Assembly (NCBI RefSeq): GCF_963675165.1
Contig: NC_087392.1
Coordinates: 14,022 to 78,021 of the forward strand
Direction: 5' to 3'
From: Halichondria panicea
Taxonomy: Eukaryota
Length of the DNA: 64,000 nt
In this document: piece after piece, positions 27,303 to 40,630 of the stretch
Position numbering within the stretch: position 1 is the first letter of the stretch
How the letters are laid out: the number at the start of each line of letters is the position of its first letter
Notes under the pieces: generated by a model
What the model was told of the DNA's origin: nothing
Databases searched by the model: none
What the model saw: the letters and a program-made list of their open reading frames with translations, nothing else
Position numbers and translations under genes: made by a program

Positions 27303-29700
27303 TCAGTCAGTTATATCTGCGTCCCTTCTTGGCCCAGCACTCTGGTTGAATAGTGAGGGCATCCACTGACACAGACAACGCTCTAGTGGGCACTTCTCTG
27401 AACTCCTTACGACCAGAGTTGTATCTAATGAGGGCAAAGGGCAAAGGTGGATACACAAGCAGTCAATACACACTCGTAGCTTACTTGTAGACATGAGCCA
27501 CCATGGCTGACTTGATGACCTTTGGACCATTCCCAAACAACTTGACCACCTGAAGAACGGTATGGAAATAATAGCCCATGCTTTTTCTTCGGAAATGGAT
27601 TAGAAAGCAATCACTAAACAATTAATTTTTTTTATTCTGACTTAAGAAATGAGGGCTCACAGTAGCAGGCCCATTACTGACGCACGCACACACACACCAT
27701 ACCTGGTCAGAGTCTGGTAAATAGGAATAGAGACCTCTGAACTTGAATCCAATGATATCTCTGAAGAGTACCATGACATGACTAGCAGAGCAGCTCTCCA
27801 ACTCCTACATGACACAAGTGAACACACACAGTGTGTAAGGTAAGCACTTACTGCCAGAGCTCTCTGCTTGGCTGACACATTAGGCTCCCCTGCTAGACAC
27901 ACATATGATATTGCATTCTTGATGAGCTTCTTGTTGGATTTAGCACGAGGGGCAATATATAGGTCAGGTCCAGTGTGTGTGATGATGTCCCCACCAGTGT
28001 GTCTCCGCTCCACAGTGGCCACACGTCGCACACGCTCACGCTCATATAGTCGAGCACGTACATCAGCCTCTCGTTGTTGCCGCAGTAACTCGTCGTTACC
28101 CTGGTAACCAACACATATAGTAGAAGACACAGTACACACATCAACACACAACCTTTGCAGTTCCTTGTGTCCATGGGTTGTCCTCGGGAGCGACTACAGG
28201 ACTGGGGTTGCTGGTTCCTTGTATGGGAGAGAAGGGGAACTTGCCGAGTGATGTGCCACTATCTTCCTTGAAAAGTGCTGAACAAATTAGTTTCCTTCTA
28301 TTCTCTCTAGCAAGATTATCTCTCCCTTTGATTCTCTCATACACTGCTAGCAATTGTTGCAGCTTCTCTGATGGCTCTGGAGTAGAGAGAGTAGAGGCCA
28401 TGGCAGGTGGGTATATTGAGAGATGGATGTGTCTAGATTCCTCTTCACCACTCTCTGGATGATCATTCAATGGAGGTTCAATGACTGTGAGGCCAGCAGC
28501 AAGGGCAGTCTGATGTGTAGACACTGTGAAGCTTCTGCGTAGCTCCTCTAAAGGAGGTGCTGAAGTTTTGAGTCGTGTGATTGAGAGGCGAGGTTGTAGG
28601 AATGTTTGTGGGGGGAGAGCATCAGCCGAGATGAGGTCATGACTGGACATAGATCCCCTCAGTGGGGCCTTAAACACAGTCACCGCTTGTGGGGGGAGAG
28701 CATCAGCCGAGATGAGGTCATGACTGGACATAGATCCCCTCAGTGGGGCCTTAAACACAGTACGTCTACTAAGAGAGATATCGGAGGTAGACTGGAGGGT
28801 TGTCCTGCTGTAGTGTTTGTTCTCTAGACAGTGGTATAGGTGTGCCACAAGGGCAGTAGTGTTAGTACTCAAGTGAGTTGTGGGTGATCGATGCAGTTCC
28901 TCTGGTAGAATGTGGAACCCTGGTCGATCCAAATGATGGTTGAGGAATGAAACAGCTTTTGTCAGATTATCCAATGCTTGTTGAGGCGAGAGTGATTTGC
29001 CAAGGTGGAAATCTGGGGAGAAGGTGTTCATGACATGTGATATAAGGACAGTTTACCTGACACTGTGAAGAGCTTGGGTGTGTAGTGCAGTAGTAAAGCA
29101 GGCAGGCACTGGCCAGCATGCAGAGCGTCTGTGAGAGTAGAGGCTGGTGTTCTCACTAGAGGCATCTTATTGAGCCAGAGTAATAGACCCTCTGAGACAG
29201 TACAGGGAAGGTCCTTGGAGGCGACTAGTTTACCCACACGTCTGTAATCAGAGACTAGATACTCAGTTAGTTAGAGGATGGGTTCTTACCGGATAGTCCT
29301 CACGATAGCTGGTAGGGTAGCTATGGACCTAGTATAGAGTGTCATGAGCCCCTCCATCACTGCCAAGTGGCTGGCCTGTATTGCAAGCATAGCTAATAAG
29401 AGTACACACATAGGTCCAGGTAGACACACTTGTCTGATTGGTGCTGTCTGCTCAAGGGATGAGCTGTTAACCTCCTCTGTCATGAACACGCCATGACGTG
29501 CAAGCTTATGCACTAGAGCAGAGAAGTCACTTAATGGTCTTTCCTTTGGCAGTATCCTCGTCAGTAGGGAGCAGTAGATCCCTGGATGAGTGAGTGCCTT
29601 CACCACTCTCCTACAAAGGCATCCCTCTGATGTCAGTGGATCCACCAATAGGCTGATAGCAGGATGATTTGATGGCAACATGCTGGCAACCCAGCGTAGG
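27303..29700 (-). CDS. CAMSAP-family microtubule minus-end binding protein (CH domain ... CKK domain), compact multi-exon gene; 5' end may extend to ~30000
   Basis: The N-terminal CH-domain region (29286-29681 and 29028-29237) reads LVHKLARHGVFMTEEV..PIRQVCLPGPMCVLLLAMLAIQASHLAVMEGLMTLY and DLPCTVSEGLLLWLNKMPLV..DALHAGQCLPALLLHYTPKLF, which resembles CAMSAP CH (..AMVFWINKVN.. DGAALLAVIHYYCP..). The C-terminal CKK-domain exons (27303-27900) read RAKSNKKLIKNAISYVCLAGEPNVSAKQ, then ..VKLFGNGPKVIKSAMVAHVYK, then RYNSGRKEFREVPTRALSVSVDALTIQPE..*. The central exon 28141-29031 is a long open S/T/P-rich linker. Confidence 0.65.
28605..28759 (-). repeat. perfect 81-bp in-frame tandem duplication inside the CAMSAP linker exon (27-aa duplication VFKAPLRGSMSSHDLISADALPPQ..)
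   Basis: Two identical 81-bp blocks sit at ~28605-28678 and ~28686-28759, and the reading frame is preserved. Confidence 0.85.
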
Positions 29701-30056
29701 GAGACACACAGGCCATTCTACAGCGGGGAAGACACTTTATATACACACCATTACATCAATATACACACCATTCTCGCATCACAGCAGCTTGCCTAGCTTC
29801 CAGCTTTATCTGAGTCATATTAATTCTATATAAAGAGCACCAAAATCGCCATAGAAACTTGATATGACCTTTGACCTCTGTCAGACTATTTTTTCTTTGG
29901 GAGAGTGATGATTCTTACCGTATTAATATTAATTTGGGTAAAGTATAGTCACTCTCCAAAAGCAAAACAGGGCCTAAAACTGCGCATGTGCATTGGATAC
30001 AGCTACTAATCCTGTGCAGCATAGCCACATAGATAGTACTATTTCACTCCAGCACA

Positions 30057-30809
30057 ATGGAAGAGCTGGCTATGCGACTAGAATCAGAGAACAAGGCTCT
30101 CAAGAGAGAGATTGCTGAGTTAAAGAACTCCTGTGTGCACCGCAGCGAGCTGGATGAATTGAAACAAGATCTGGATCGACTCAAGAAATCCTCTCCTGAT
30201 AGTTTTGGATGTTCTCCTGGTATCTACTCACGAGTCAAGACAGTCAAGAAAGGTCGTCCCCAGTCACTACACGAGGTAACACAAGCAATGCAGGACCAGC
30301 TAGCCAAACCTCCACTCATCAGAGAATGCTCTTGTGGTTCACTACCTCCCTTCTATTTCACTGTGGAGAACTATGCTCATCATAAGAAACATTCTCTCAA
30401 ATGGTACAGTTCACCATTCTATAGTTGTCCAGGAGGGTATAAGATGTGTGTGGGAGTTAGTGCTGGTGGCTGTGGTGTGGGAGAAGGCACTCATGTCTCT
30501 GTACTCGTTCACTTCTTAAGAGGAGAGTTTGACACTTCTCTACAGTGGCCATTTCGAGGGACATTGGCCATTCACTTGCTCAATGAACGGCGAGACGGAT
30601 CTCATCATTGCCATGAGGTGGTGTTTGGTAAAGATGTGCCTGTGATGCAGTCTGGATGTGTGAGCGGAGGCTTTGAGAAGACCCTGGGTTATGGACTACC
30701 ATTGTTCATTGATCATGCTCAGTTGTCCTATAACCCGACACTGGATTGTGAGTATCTCAAGCATGACAGACTACGCTTTGTATTAGATATTGTGAAACTT
30801 GACAGTTAA
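30057..30809 (+). CDS. TRAF-like protein: coiled coil + MATH (TRAF-C) domain, single exon, no RING/zinc fingers in this ORF
   Basis: 250-aa ORF. The N-terminal heptad region reads MEELAMRLESENKALKREIAELKNS..ELDELKQDLDRLKK. The MATH domain reads FYFTVENYAHHKKHSLKWYSSPFYSCPGGYKMCVGVSAGGCGVGEGTHVSVLVHFLRGEFDTSLQWPFRGTLAIHLLNERRDGSHH..FVLDIVKL and matches the TRAF-C pattern ..S.PFYT...GYK.C.R.YLNGDG.GKGTH.SLFF..M.GE.D..L.WPF..KVTL.L.DQ. Confidence 0.75.
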   Translation: MEELAMRLESENKALKREIAELKNSCVHRSELDELKQDLDRLKKSSPDSFGCSPGIYSRVKTVKKGRPQSLHEVTQAMQDQLAKPPLIRECSCGSLPPFYFTVENYAHHKKHSLKWYSSPFYSCPGGYKMCVGVSAGGCGVGEGTHVSVLVHFLRGEFDTSLQWPFRGTLAIHLLNERRDGSHHCHEVVFGKDVPVMQSGCVSGGFEKTLGYGLPLFIDHAQLSYNPTLDCEYLKHDRLRFVLDIVKLDS

Positions 30810-30977
30810 TTGTTTGTACAACTTGTGTATCACTTGAATTCACATCATTCATCAGTTTATGGTTGTTTTTGTGCAAAGAATGTGTTGATATTGAAAGCAT
30901 GATATTGAAAGCAAAAAGAATGAAAAAACAAACATTATATTTATATATAATTATAATTATAGGTGTGTTTGTCATTA

Positions 30978-34488
<3,511 letters not shown>

Positions 34489-34545
34489 TGCTTTGAGTAA
34501 GGTTAAGGTCGTCGGTAGAAGAAACCGTTTTTAGCGTTTTGCAGT

Positions 34546-35335
34546 ATCTTCTTCTTCTTCTTCTTTGTAGCCTCCAAATAATGAAGAGTAGCCCATTGGG
34601 CAGACAAAAAAGAATATTGAAAATGGGTATTATTATAACACGCAGAAAGAGGGTGGAGCTTTAAACCAATGTGCTTGTGAGAAGGAGATCAGCGCGGGTT
34701 TGCCTTAGATCTTTGATGAAGAGCAAGAGCCACTCTTGCGCATGGGCAGCTTTCAGCCAGACAAGGCCTTGCAGGAGATTGTAGAGGGTGTCATGTAGTG
34801 CCTTTGGGTCGTGGGGGAGGTGAACACTGATGCAGGATGGGGCATCCTGCAGGAGAGCAAGTCTGCGCATTGAGAGAGCAGGGCAACTTACTAAAAAGTG
34901 TGAAGGTGATTCTTCTTCAGTGTTGCATAGTTTGCACGATGCATCACCGGGAGAGATATTTCCTCTGTTGCGATATCTAAACCTGGACGCATCCAGCTCG
35001 AGCCCGTCACAGCCCACTAGGAGCCTGATTCTGAAATTTGAGGGGCCATGCATAGAACGATCCAGCTGACAGCATGACCATAGCATCGAAGGGCGACCTA
35101 GAAGGGCGGGGAGGGATGAGATAGGGAGATTTGTGCATGTGTCTGTCATCTTGACGTATTGTGTGACTAGTGCAGATTTCTTTGCAGCAGTCTTAAAAGA
35201 CCCTTTGTTTTTCCCGTTTGAGATCATAGACGAGAGTGAAGGGTAGCAACGAGATAAGACTAGTGTGGACCATGTTTTTAAGAGACCTGATGGAGAGGTA
35301 TCACGTGATCCTCATCATAGTCGATCCCATAAGGA
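34546..35335 (-). mobile_element. 5'-truncated non-LTR retrotransposon (LINE) 3' fragment with CCHC-type ORF2 C-terminal motif and (AAG)n tail
   Basis: The minus-strand ORF 34661-35227 ends with ..CKLCNTEEESPSHFLVSCPALSMRRLAL.., the C-x2-C-x8-H-x4-C motif typical of CR1/L2/RTE-type ORF2 C-termini. A (CTT)n run at 34546-34566 is the (AAG)n 3' tail on the minus strand. It is flanked by similar direct repeats, ggtcgtcggtagaagaaaccgtttttagcgtt at 34508-34539 and ggtcgtcggtagaactaactgttttagcgtt at 35340-35370. It sits between the divergent CDC40 and ISCU starts. Confidence 0.5.
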
Positions 35336-35449
35336 AAAGGGTCGTCGGTAGAACTAACTGTTTTAGCGTTATGGTCGTCGGTTAAAGAAGTACTTGTGTC
35401 TCTGTGTTGCCAAACAAGCCAGCCTTTAACTTAACTTTGTTTGTTTATT

Positions 35450-36239
35450 ATGGCCTTTCTTATTCATCAAGTTAGAGTTGGTTTGAGGAGCAGCGCTGTG
35501 TCTAGTGCCCGTGTCTGGGCGGCTTCTTATCATGAGAAGGTGAGGGAGGGACTATGGCAGTGAAGGCTGTGTCTGTCTTACACCATGCTGTACTGTCATT
35601 TTTATAGGTAATAGATCATTATGAAAGACCTCGCAATGTTGGCTCCATGAACAAAGATGATTCTAACGTTGGCACTGGATTGGTGGGAGCCCCAGCCTGT
35701 GGTGATGTCATGAAGCTTCAGGTACGTACGTACCATTAATGTTGTCATACGTTGAATGTTTGTAATTATGTAACTATTAATAGATTAAGGTTGATGATGA
35801 TGGCAAGATAGTGGATGCCAAGTTCAAGACATTTGGTTGTGGGTCAGCTATCGCCTCGAGCTCTCTGGCTACCGAGTGGATCAAGGGAAAGTCTGTAAGT
35901 ATCAGTACATCATATTATGTCAGCAATAATTATCCTAGCCATGTATAGACAGTTAAGCTAGTATTGCATATACACTCGTCTCCCCTGTCCAGCTGGAGGA
36001 TGCCACTAAGATCAAGAACACAGACATTGCCAAGGAACTCTCTCTCCCACCAGTCAAACTCCATTGCTCCAGTAAGCACTATACAGTCTATACGGTTACC
36101 TACTGTCATAGCTATAGTAGTGTGCTGTCCTCATGTGTTGTCACTCCCTCCTCTCCCTGTAGTGTTGGCTGAGGACGCCATTAGAGCAGCCCTCAAAGAT
36201 TATAAAATCAAGCAAGGGAAACAAGAAGTCACTGGCTGA
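35450..36239 (+). CDS. ISCU: iron-sulfur cluster assembly scaffold protein ISCU, 5 exons
   Basis: Ex1 35450-35538 (MAFLIHQVRVGLRSSAVSSARVWAASYHEK|gtgagg, an R/S-rich presequence). Ex2 ~35615-35722 (VIDHYERPRNVGSMNKDDSNVGTGLVGAPACGDVMKLQ). Ex3 ~35788-35895 (IKVDDDGKIVDAKFKTFGCGSAIASSSLATEWIKGKS). Ex4 ~35993-36068 (LEDATKIKNTDIAKELSLPPVKLHCS). Ex5 ~36171-36239 (MLAEDAIRAALKDYKIKQGKQEVTG*). All three conserved Cys are present. Confidence 0.9.
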
Positions 36240-36917
36240 CTCAACACATTATTAACATTGCTGTGTATAATTATGATAATTATGATTGCGCTGTTATTGT
36301 GTTGTTTTGTTCAAATGTTTGTATCTGACAATGTTCAAATGATATCCTCCTTTCTTTGTCCGATCTCCTATCTCCGTGACAACCACTCGTCCATGACCCT
36401 GCTCTCCTAGTGTCAATTCAATAGTGTCCCCAACACCCACCTACATGCAAGCGTGGGGTGTGTGTGAGTGGGTGGGTGTGTGGGGAGGTGACCTGGGAGC
36501 TATGTTTCTTGACTGGGTGGCCATTGAGAGACAAACCTCCTTCTAACCAGCACTCCCACACACGTCTACATGAACACACGTACAAGAGAGAGGATTGGAT
36601 AATTATCATACATAGTGAGTGGTACTGACTTCCTTGATATTGTGAGTCCCTTGGCAGCCACAGTGTCCACTCTGAGGGAAGAGACAGTAAGAGAGAGAGC
36701 CTTCCCAGCAGCATTGCTACACCACCCTCTGGCCAATACTAGCAGGCATGACATCATGAAGCAGGGAGTAAGCTGGTTAAGGTCATGAAAGTTATCACCA
36801 CAATAGGAGTGAATAAATGATTATGCAATTAAAACAAGAGTAGAAGAGTACTCTCAAAATTTATTCAAACACACACGCATACAATATTATTAATACAATG
36901 CCACAATGTATATTAAA

Positions 36918-39900
36918 CTAGACACATTCGTAGAGGTTAGTTTCATGTTCTAGTTGTGTTGGGCTGGTGGCACAACGGACGATCCTCTCATTCTCATAGA
37001 TATCATCATCATTCGGGAGAGATGATGGCAGCACTTGCAGGTACCCGGATGCAGCCTCCTCTTCAGTCAAGGTGTGTATACTAGCAGTGCTACGATGGCT
37101 GAGGGGGGTCGCTGTCATATACACGTGTGTCTCCAGTGACTTGGGGTCCAGAGCTTTGTACTGCCCATCACTGTTGTGTGGAACAGAGATCTCCTGAGGG
37201 TCAATGTATTGATAGCTGTCATTATTAGCATAGTCAGGATCACGTCTTAAGGTCTCATAATGTCTGTCTGCCGTCTCAGTCTCTGCAGTGCAGCCCTCCA
37301 GCCTCACGTCACCACCCTACGAACAATTGGCATTCAGTTTCAATAATATAATTACTTTCTGGTGGTGGTGTAGTACTCCTGTCAAGTACATAATTAAGTT
37401 GGTTCTGTATATATTTTCAGATCTGCACTACAATTATTCAAGATCAGAAGTGCCCGAAATATTCAACTACGCAAAAAATAGATTTCCCTTTTCAATGGCA
37501 TAATTAACTGTTTCGTTGTGCAAGTGCACTGCAATCCACTGTATCTGGTGTTTTTACTGACTAGGTGATTATCAAGAGTATAGTATAGCTACTCACATTC
37601 TCCCGCTTCAGATTGACACTTCCTTTCTTCATCCTGATTGTCTGTTTCTTGTTCCTAAAGGGCAGAGGTCAAATAAGAGCTACACTCGCACACACACACA
37701 CTTACCTAGAGAGGAAACAACAAAGGAAACAGAAGCAGGAGAGTACCAGACACAGGAGCAAAGCTAGTCCCCCTCCCACACTGGCTCCAATGATGACCAG
37801 CAGAGGAGGTCCCACAGTCACAGTCATACACACATTGTCAAAATAAGCCATTCCTGAATCACCGCCATCCACAAACAGTTGTAGTGAGAGTAGATCTATT
37901 GGTTGGGGGAAGTCTATCGCCTTGCCTACCCACTGCCAGGCCTGGGACACATTGTCGGGATTGGTTAGCGTCAGCAAGCCTTGAGAAGTGAGTAGCCTAA
38001 CAGTGGCCAGTCCTCGTGAAGAGGGGTTGGAGGTGGTCTGCTGAACACGAACACGAGCACTACACAGGAAGGGGGATAGCAGTAGGGAAGACCAAGGGGA
38101 GGGGGAGTGTCCGGCTCACCTGATCTGCAGACTAGTGACTTGAAGCTGCGGTAGTGACTGAGAGAAATTAGTGCCATTAATGGAGTAGTCCAACACAAAC
38201 ACTTGCTCATCTGTATAGTAGTGTCCATATAATTATGGAGAGTGAGTCCATATACAGTACTTACTGTTGATAGTGTCTACACGAGCGTTATTATTACTGG
38301 GTGTCCACATTGATCCATTGGAAGCATCACCATCCACCACAACATCCACTCCTCCACTGCACACATCTGCACACAAGGCACACAGTACACACCCACCCAC
38401 ACATATAGTCAGTAGCAACCACTCACTCACCCACTAGACTGACGGTGAAGGACATGCTCTTAGACTTCACAGAGTTACTGATGTGACACGTGTAGACACC
38501 ATCTCCCTCCACTCTGATATAGTTGAGGCCGTGTGTGGAGTTAGTGAGGGGGCGGCCATCACGTTGCCATGACACTAGAGGTGTGTCATACGTCCTCTCC
38601 ACACCAGCACAGGGCAAGAGTGGGCGGGGGTGTGTGGAGGAGAGGGCCAGGAGTGTGGGCGGGAGAATAGATGAGAACTTCAAGCTCTCTGTAATAACAA
38701 ACATGGGGTCATAGTTCATACAGAGGAGGGCATGGGATACCCCCATACCTATAATAGAACCTCACCTCCCACCACACTGTACACACACCCTCACCTCCCA
38801 CCCACACTGTACACGCACCCTCACCTCTCACCCACACTGTACACACACCCTCACCTCTCACCCACACTGTGATACAGTGGTGGTTGATTTGTTGGTCAAG
38901 ATAAGACACAGTACAGCAATAGTAGCCAGCATCACTTGATTGTGGGGGTACACTGGAGAGAGTCAGGTTATCATCTGTCTGGCTGGATAATAGTGTATAG
39001 TCTTTGAACCATTGGACTGTGATGTTGTTACTCTGAAGGTTGAGTCCAGTACAGGAGAGCGTGAGAGGAGTGGTGATATTGGTGGGTAGGTTGTGTGGAG
39101 TGGGTCGGTCCTCTAGGGGTGAAGTGTAGGGGGGGGCTGGAGTATCTGTGATACTAACAACAGTACGTGTAGCATTGACAACACCAAAGTCATTGGAGAG
39201 CTGACAATAGTATCCCCCACTTTCTGTCCTTGTGTAGTTGTGTATGATGAGGGAGTTGCTCCTGGGGTCCACTCTTAGTGAGTTACTCTCTAACACTGGG
39301 TCATCAGAGCCCTGCACGGGTGTGTGTGTGTGGGGGGCTTAGTGAGTTACTCTCTAACACTGGGTCATCAGAGCCCTGCACGGGTGTGTGTGTGTGTGTG
39401 GGGGGCTTAGTGAGTTACTCTCTAACACTGGGTCATCAGAGCCCTGCACGGGTGTGTGTGTGTGTGGGGGGCTTAGTGAGTTACTCTCTAACACAGGGTC
39501 ATCAGAGCCCTGCACGGGTGTGTGTGTGTGTGGGGGTGGAGTGACGTGTGTGTGTGTGTGTGGGGGGTATAGTGACGTGTGTGTGGGGGGGGTACAGTGA
39601 CGTGTGTGTGTGTGTGGGGGGGGGGGTAGAGAAACTCACATCCCTCCAGGTGATGACTGGTGGTGGACTGCCATTACTTACACAGCCTAGCTCCACACGA
39701 GAACCACTCACTACATTGTATGATATCGATACTGTCTCCACAGAAGTTGGAGAGGCTGCAGGAGAGTTGTCATAGGCACTACAATCAAACTCCCATATAT
39801 ATAATTATATACATGGATGCAGTTTATAAGGAAACTGGATAGACCTTAGGGAATATATTGTATTGTGTGTGTTGACTTACAGCCGACTATGAGAAGGAAG

Positions 39901-40292
39901 TGTTGATGTAGTGCAGTAGGGCCCACACAAGAGTACCAGCCTGCTTGTGAAGCTGAGACACTATCAAACCTCAGGTCCCCCTCAGGTGTGAAGGTCTGTC
40001 TAGAAATAGAGTTGGGTATGGGAATGTTGTTCTTGTACCAGGCCACAGGACCCACATCAGCAGAACAGTTTAATAACACACAACCAGACTCCTCAGCATA
40101 CACCACCTCAGGCACTCGTGCAGTTACTGGCACCCCAGGCGCTATAGGCATCACAGTCACAGTGTTTATACAAGCAACTGAATGTACACACAACAACTCA
40201 CTATTGACACAATCCACAGCAGAGCACCAATCAATGTTGACCAACACCACTAAACACACACACCACACCACTCTACTAGTATAAATATTCAT
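36918..40292 (-). CDS. Ig-superfamily single-pass transmembrane receptor with tyrosine-motif cytoplasmic tail, multi-exon (span approximate)
   Basis: Signal-peptide exon (MNIYTSRVVWCVCLVVLVNIDWCSA..) plus Ig exon (..ESGCVLLNCSADVGPVAWYKNN..AGWYSCVG). Further Ig exons read VELGCVSNGSPPPVITWRDV; LTLSCTGLNLQSNNITVQWFKDYTLLSS..DAGYYCCTV; GGYYCQLSNDFGVVNATRTVVSI; and RPLLPCAGVERTYDTPLVSWQRDGRPL..DGVYTCHISN. TM exon (..VGPPLLVIIGASVGGGLALLLCLVLSCFCFLCCF) and cytoplasmic exon 36918-37307 with YQYIDP, YENERI and NLYECV* motifs. Introns carry a ~57-bp tandem repeat (39290-39620) and a ~31-bp x4 repeat (38775-38880). Confidence 0.6.
39290..39620. repeat. ~57-bp tandem repeat x5 (gcttagtgagttactctctaacactgggtcatcagagccctgcacgggtgtgtgtgtgtgggggg) in an IgSF-gene intron
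   Basis: Direct reading. The last units degenerate into (gt)n(g)n. Confidence 0.85.
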
Positions 40293-40580
40293 CTCTTGTA
40301 TCTACAGCTAGCTAGCTGGGTCGTCAGTGCGATATCTAATTATGTATCTGCATTGTCAGCAGGTTCACCCACGCAATCACTGATACCACACTTCTTCATA
40401 ACATCTAGCCTCGACTCCAGCCCCTTGAATAGTGGGTCTTTTTCAGCGGCTTGGAATCGAGGCTACATAACATCATGCAGAGGATTGTCAGATTGTCTAG
40501 CCTCGATCCCAGCCCCTCTCACAACTGAGAGCGGTCTGGAATCGAGGCTAGTCTCTGGTGGATTGTAGTTAGGCCTTGCC

Positions 40581-40630
40581 TAGCCTCGAGACCACGCCGA
40601 TATATTTTAATCGGCGTGGTCTCGAGGCTA
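40581..40630. repeat. perfect palindrome: 21-bp arms (tagcctcgagaccacgccgat) around an 8-bp AT loop
   Basis: tagcctcgagaccacgccgat-atatttta-atcggcgtggtctcgaggcta. The preceding 280 bp (40296-40580) contain 5 more copies of the ctagcctcga(c/t) motif. Confidence 0.8.
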
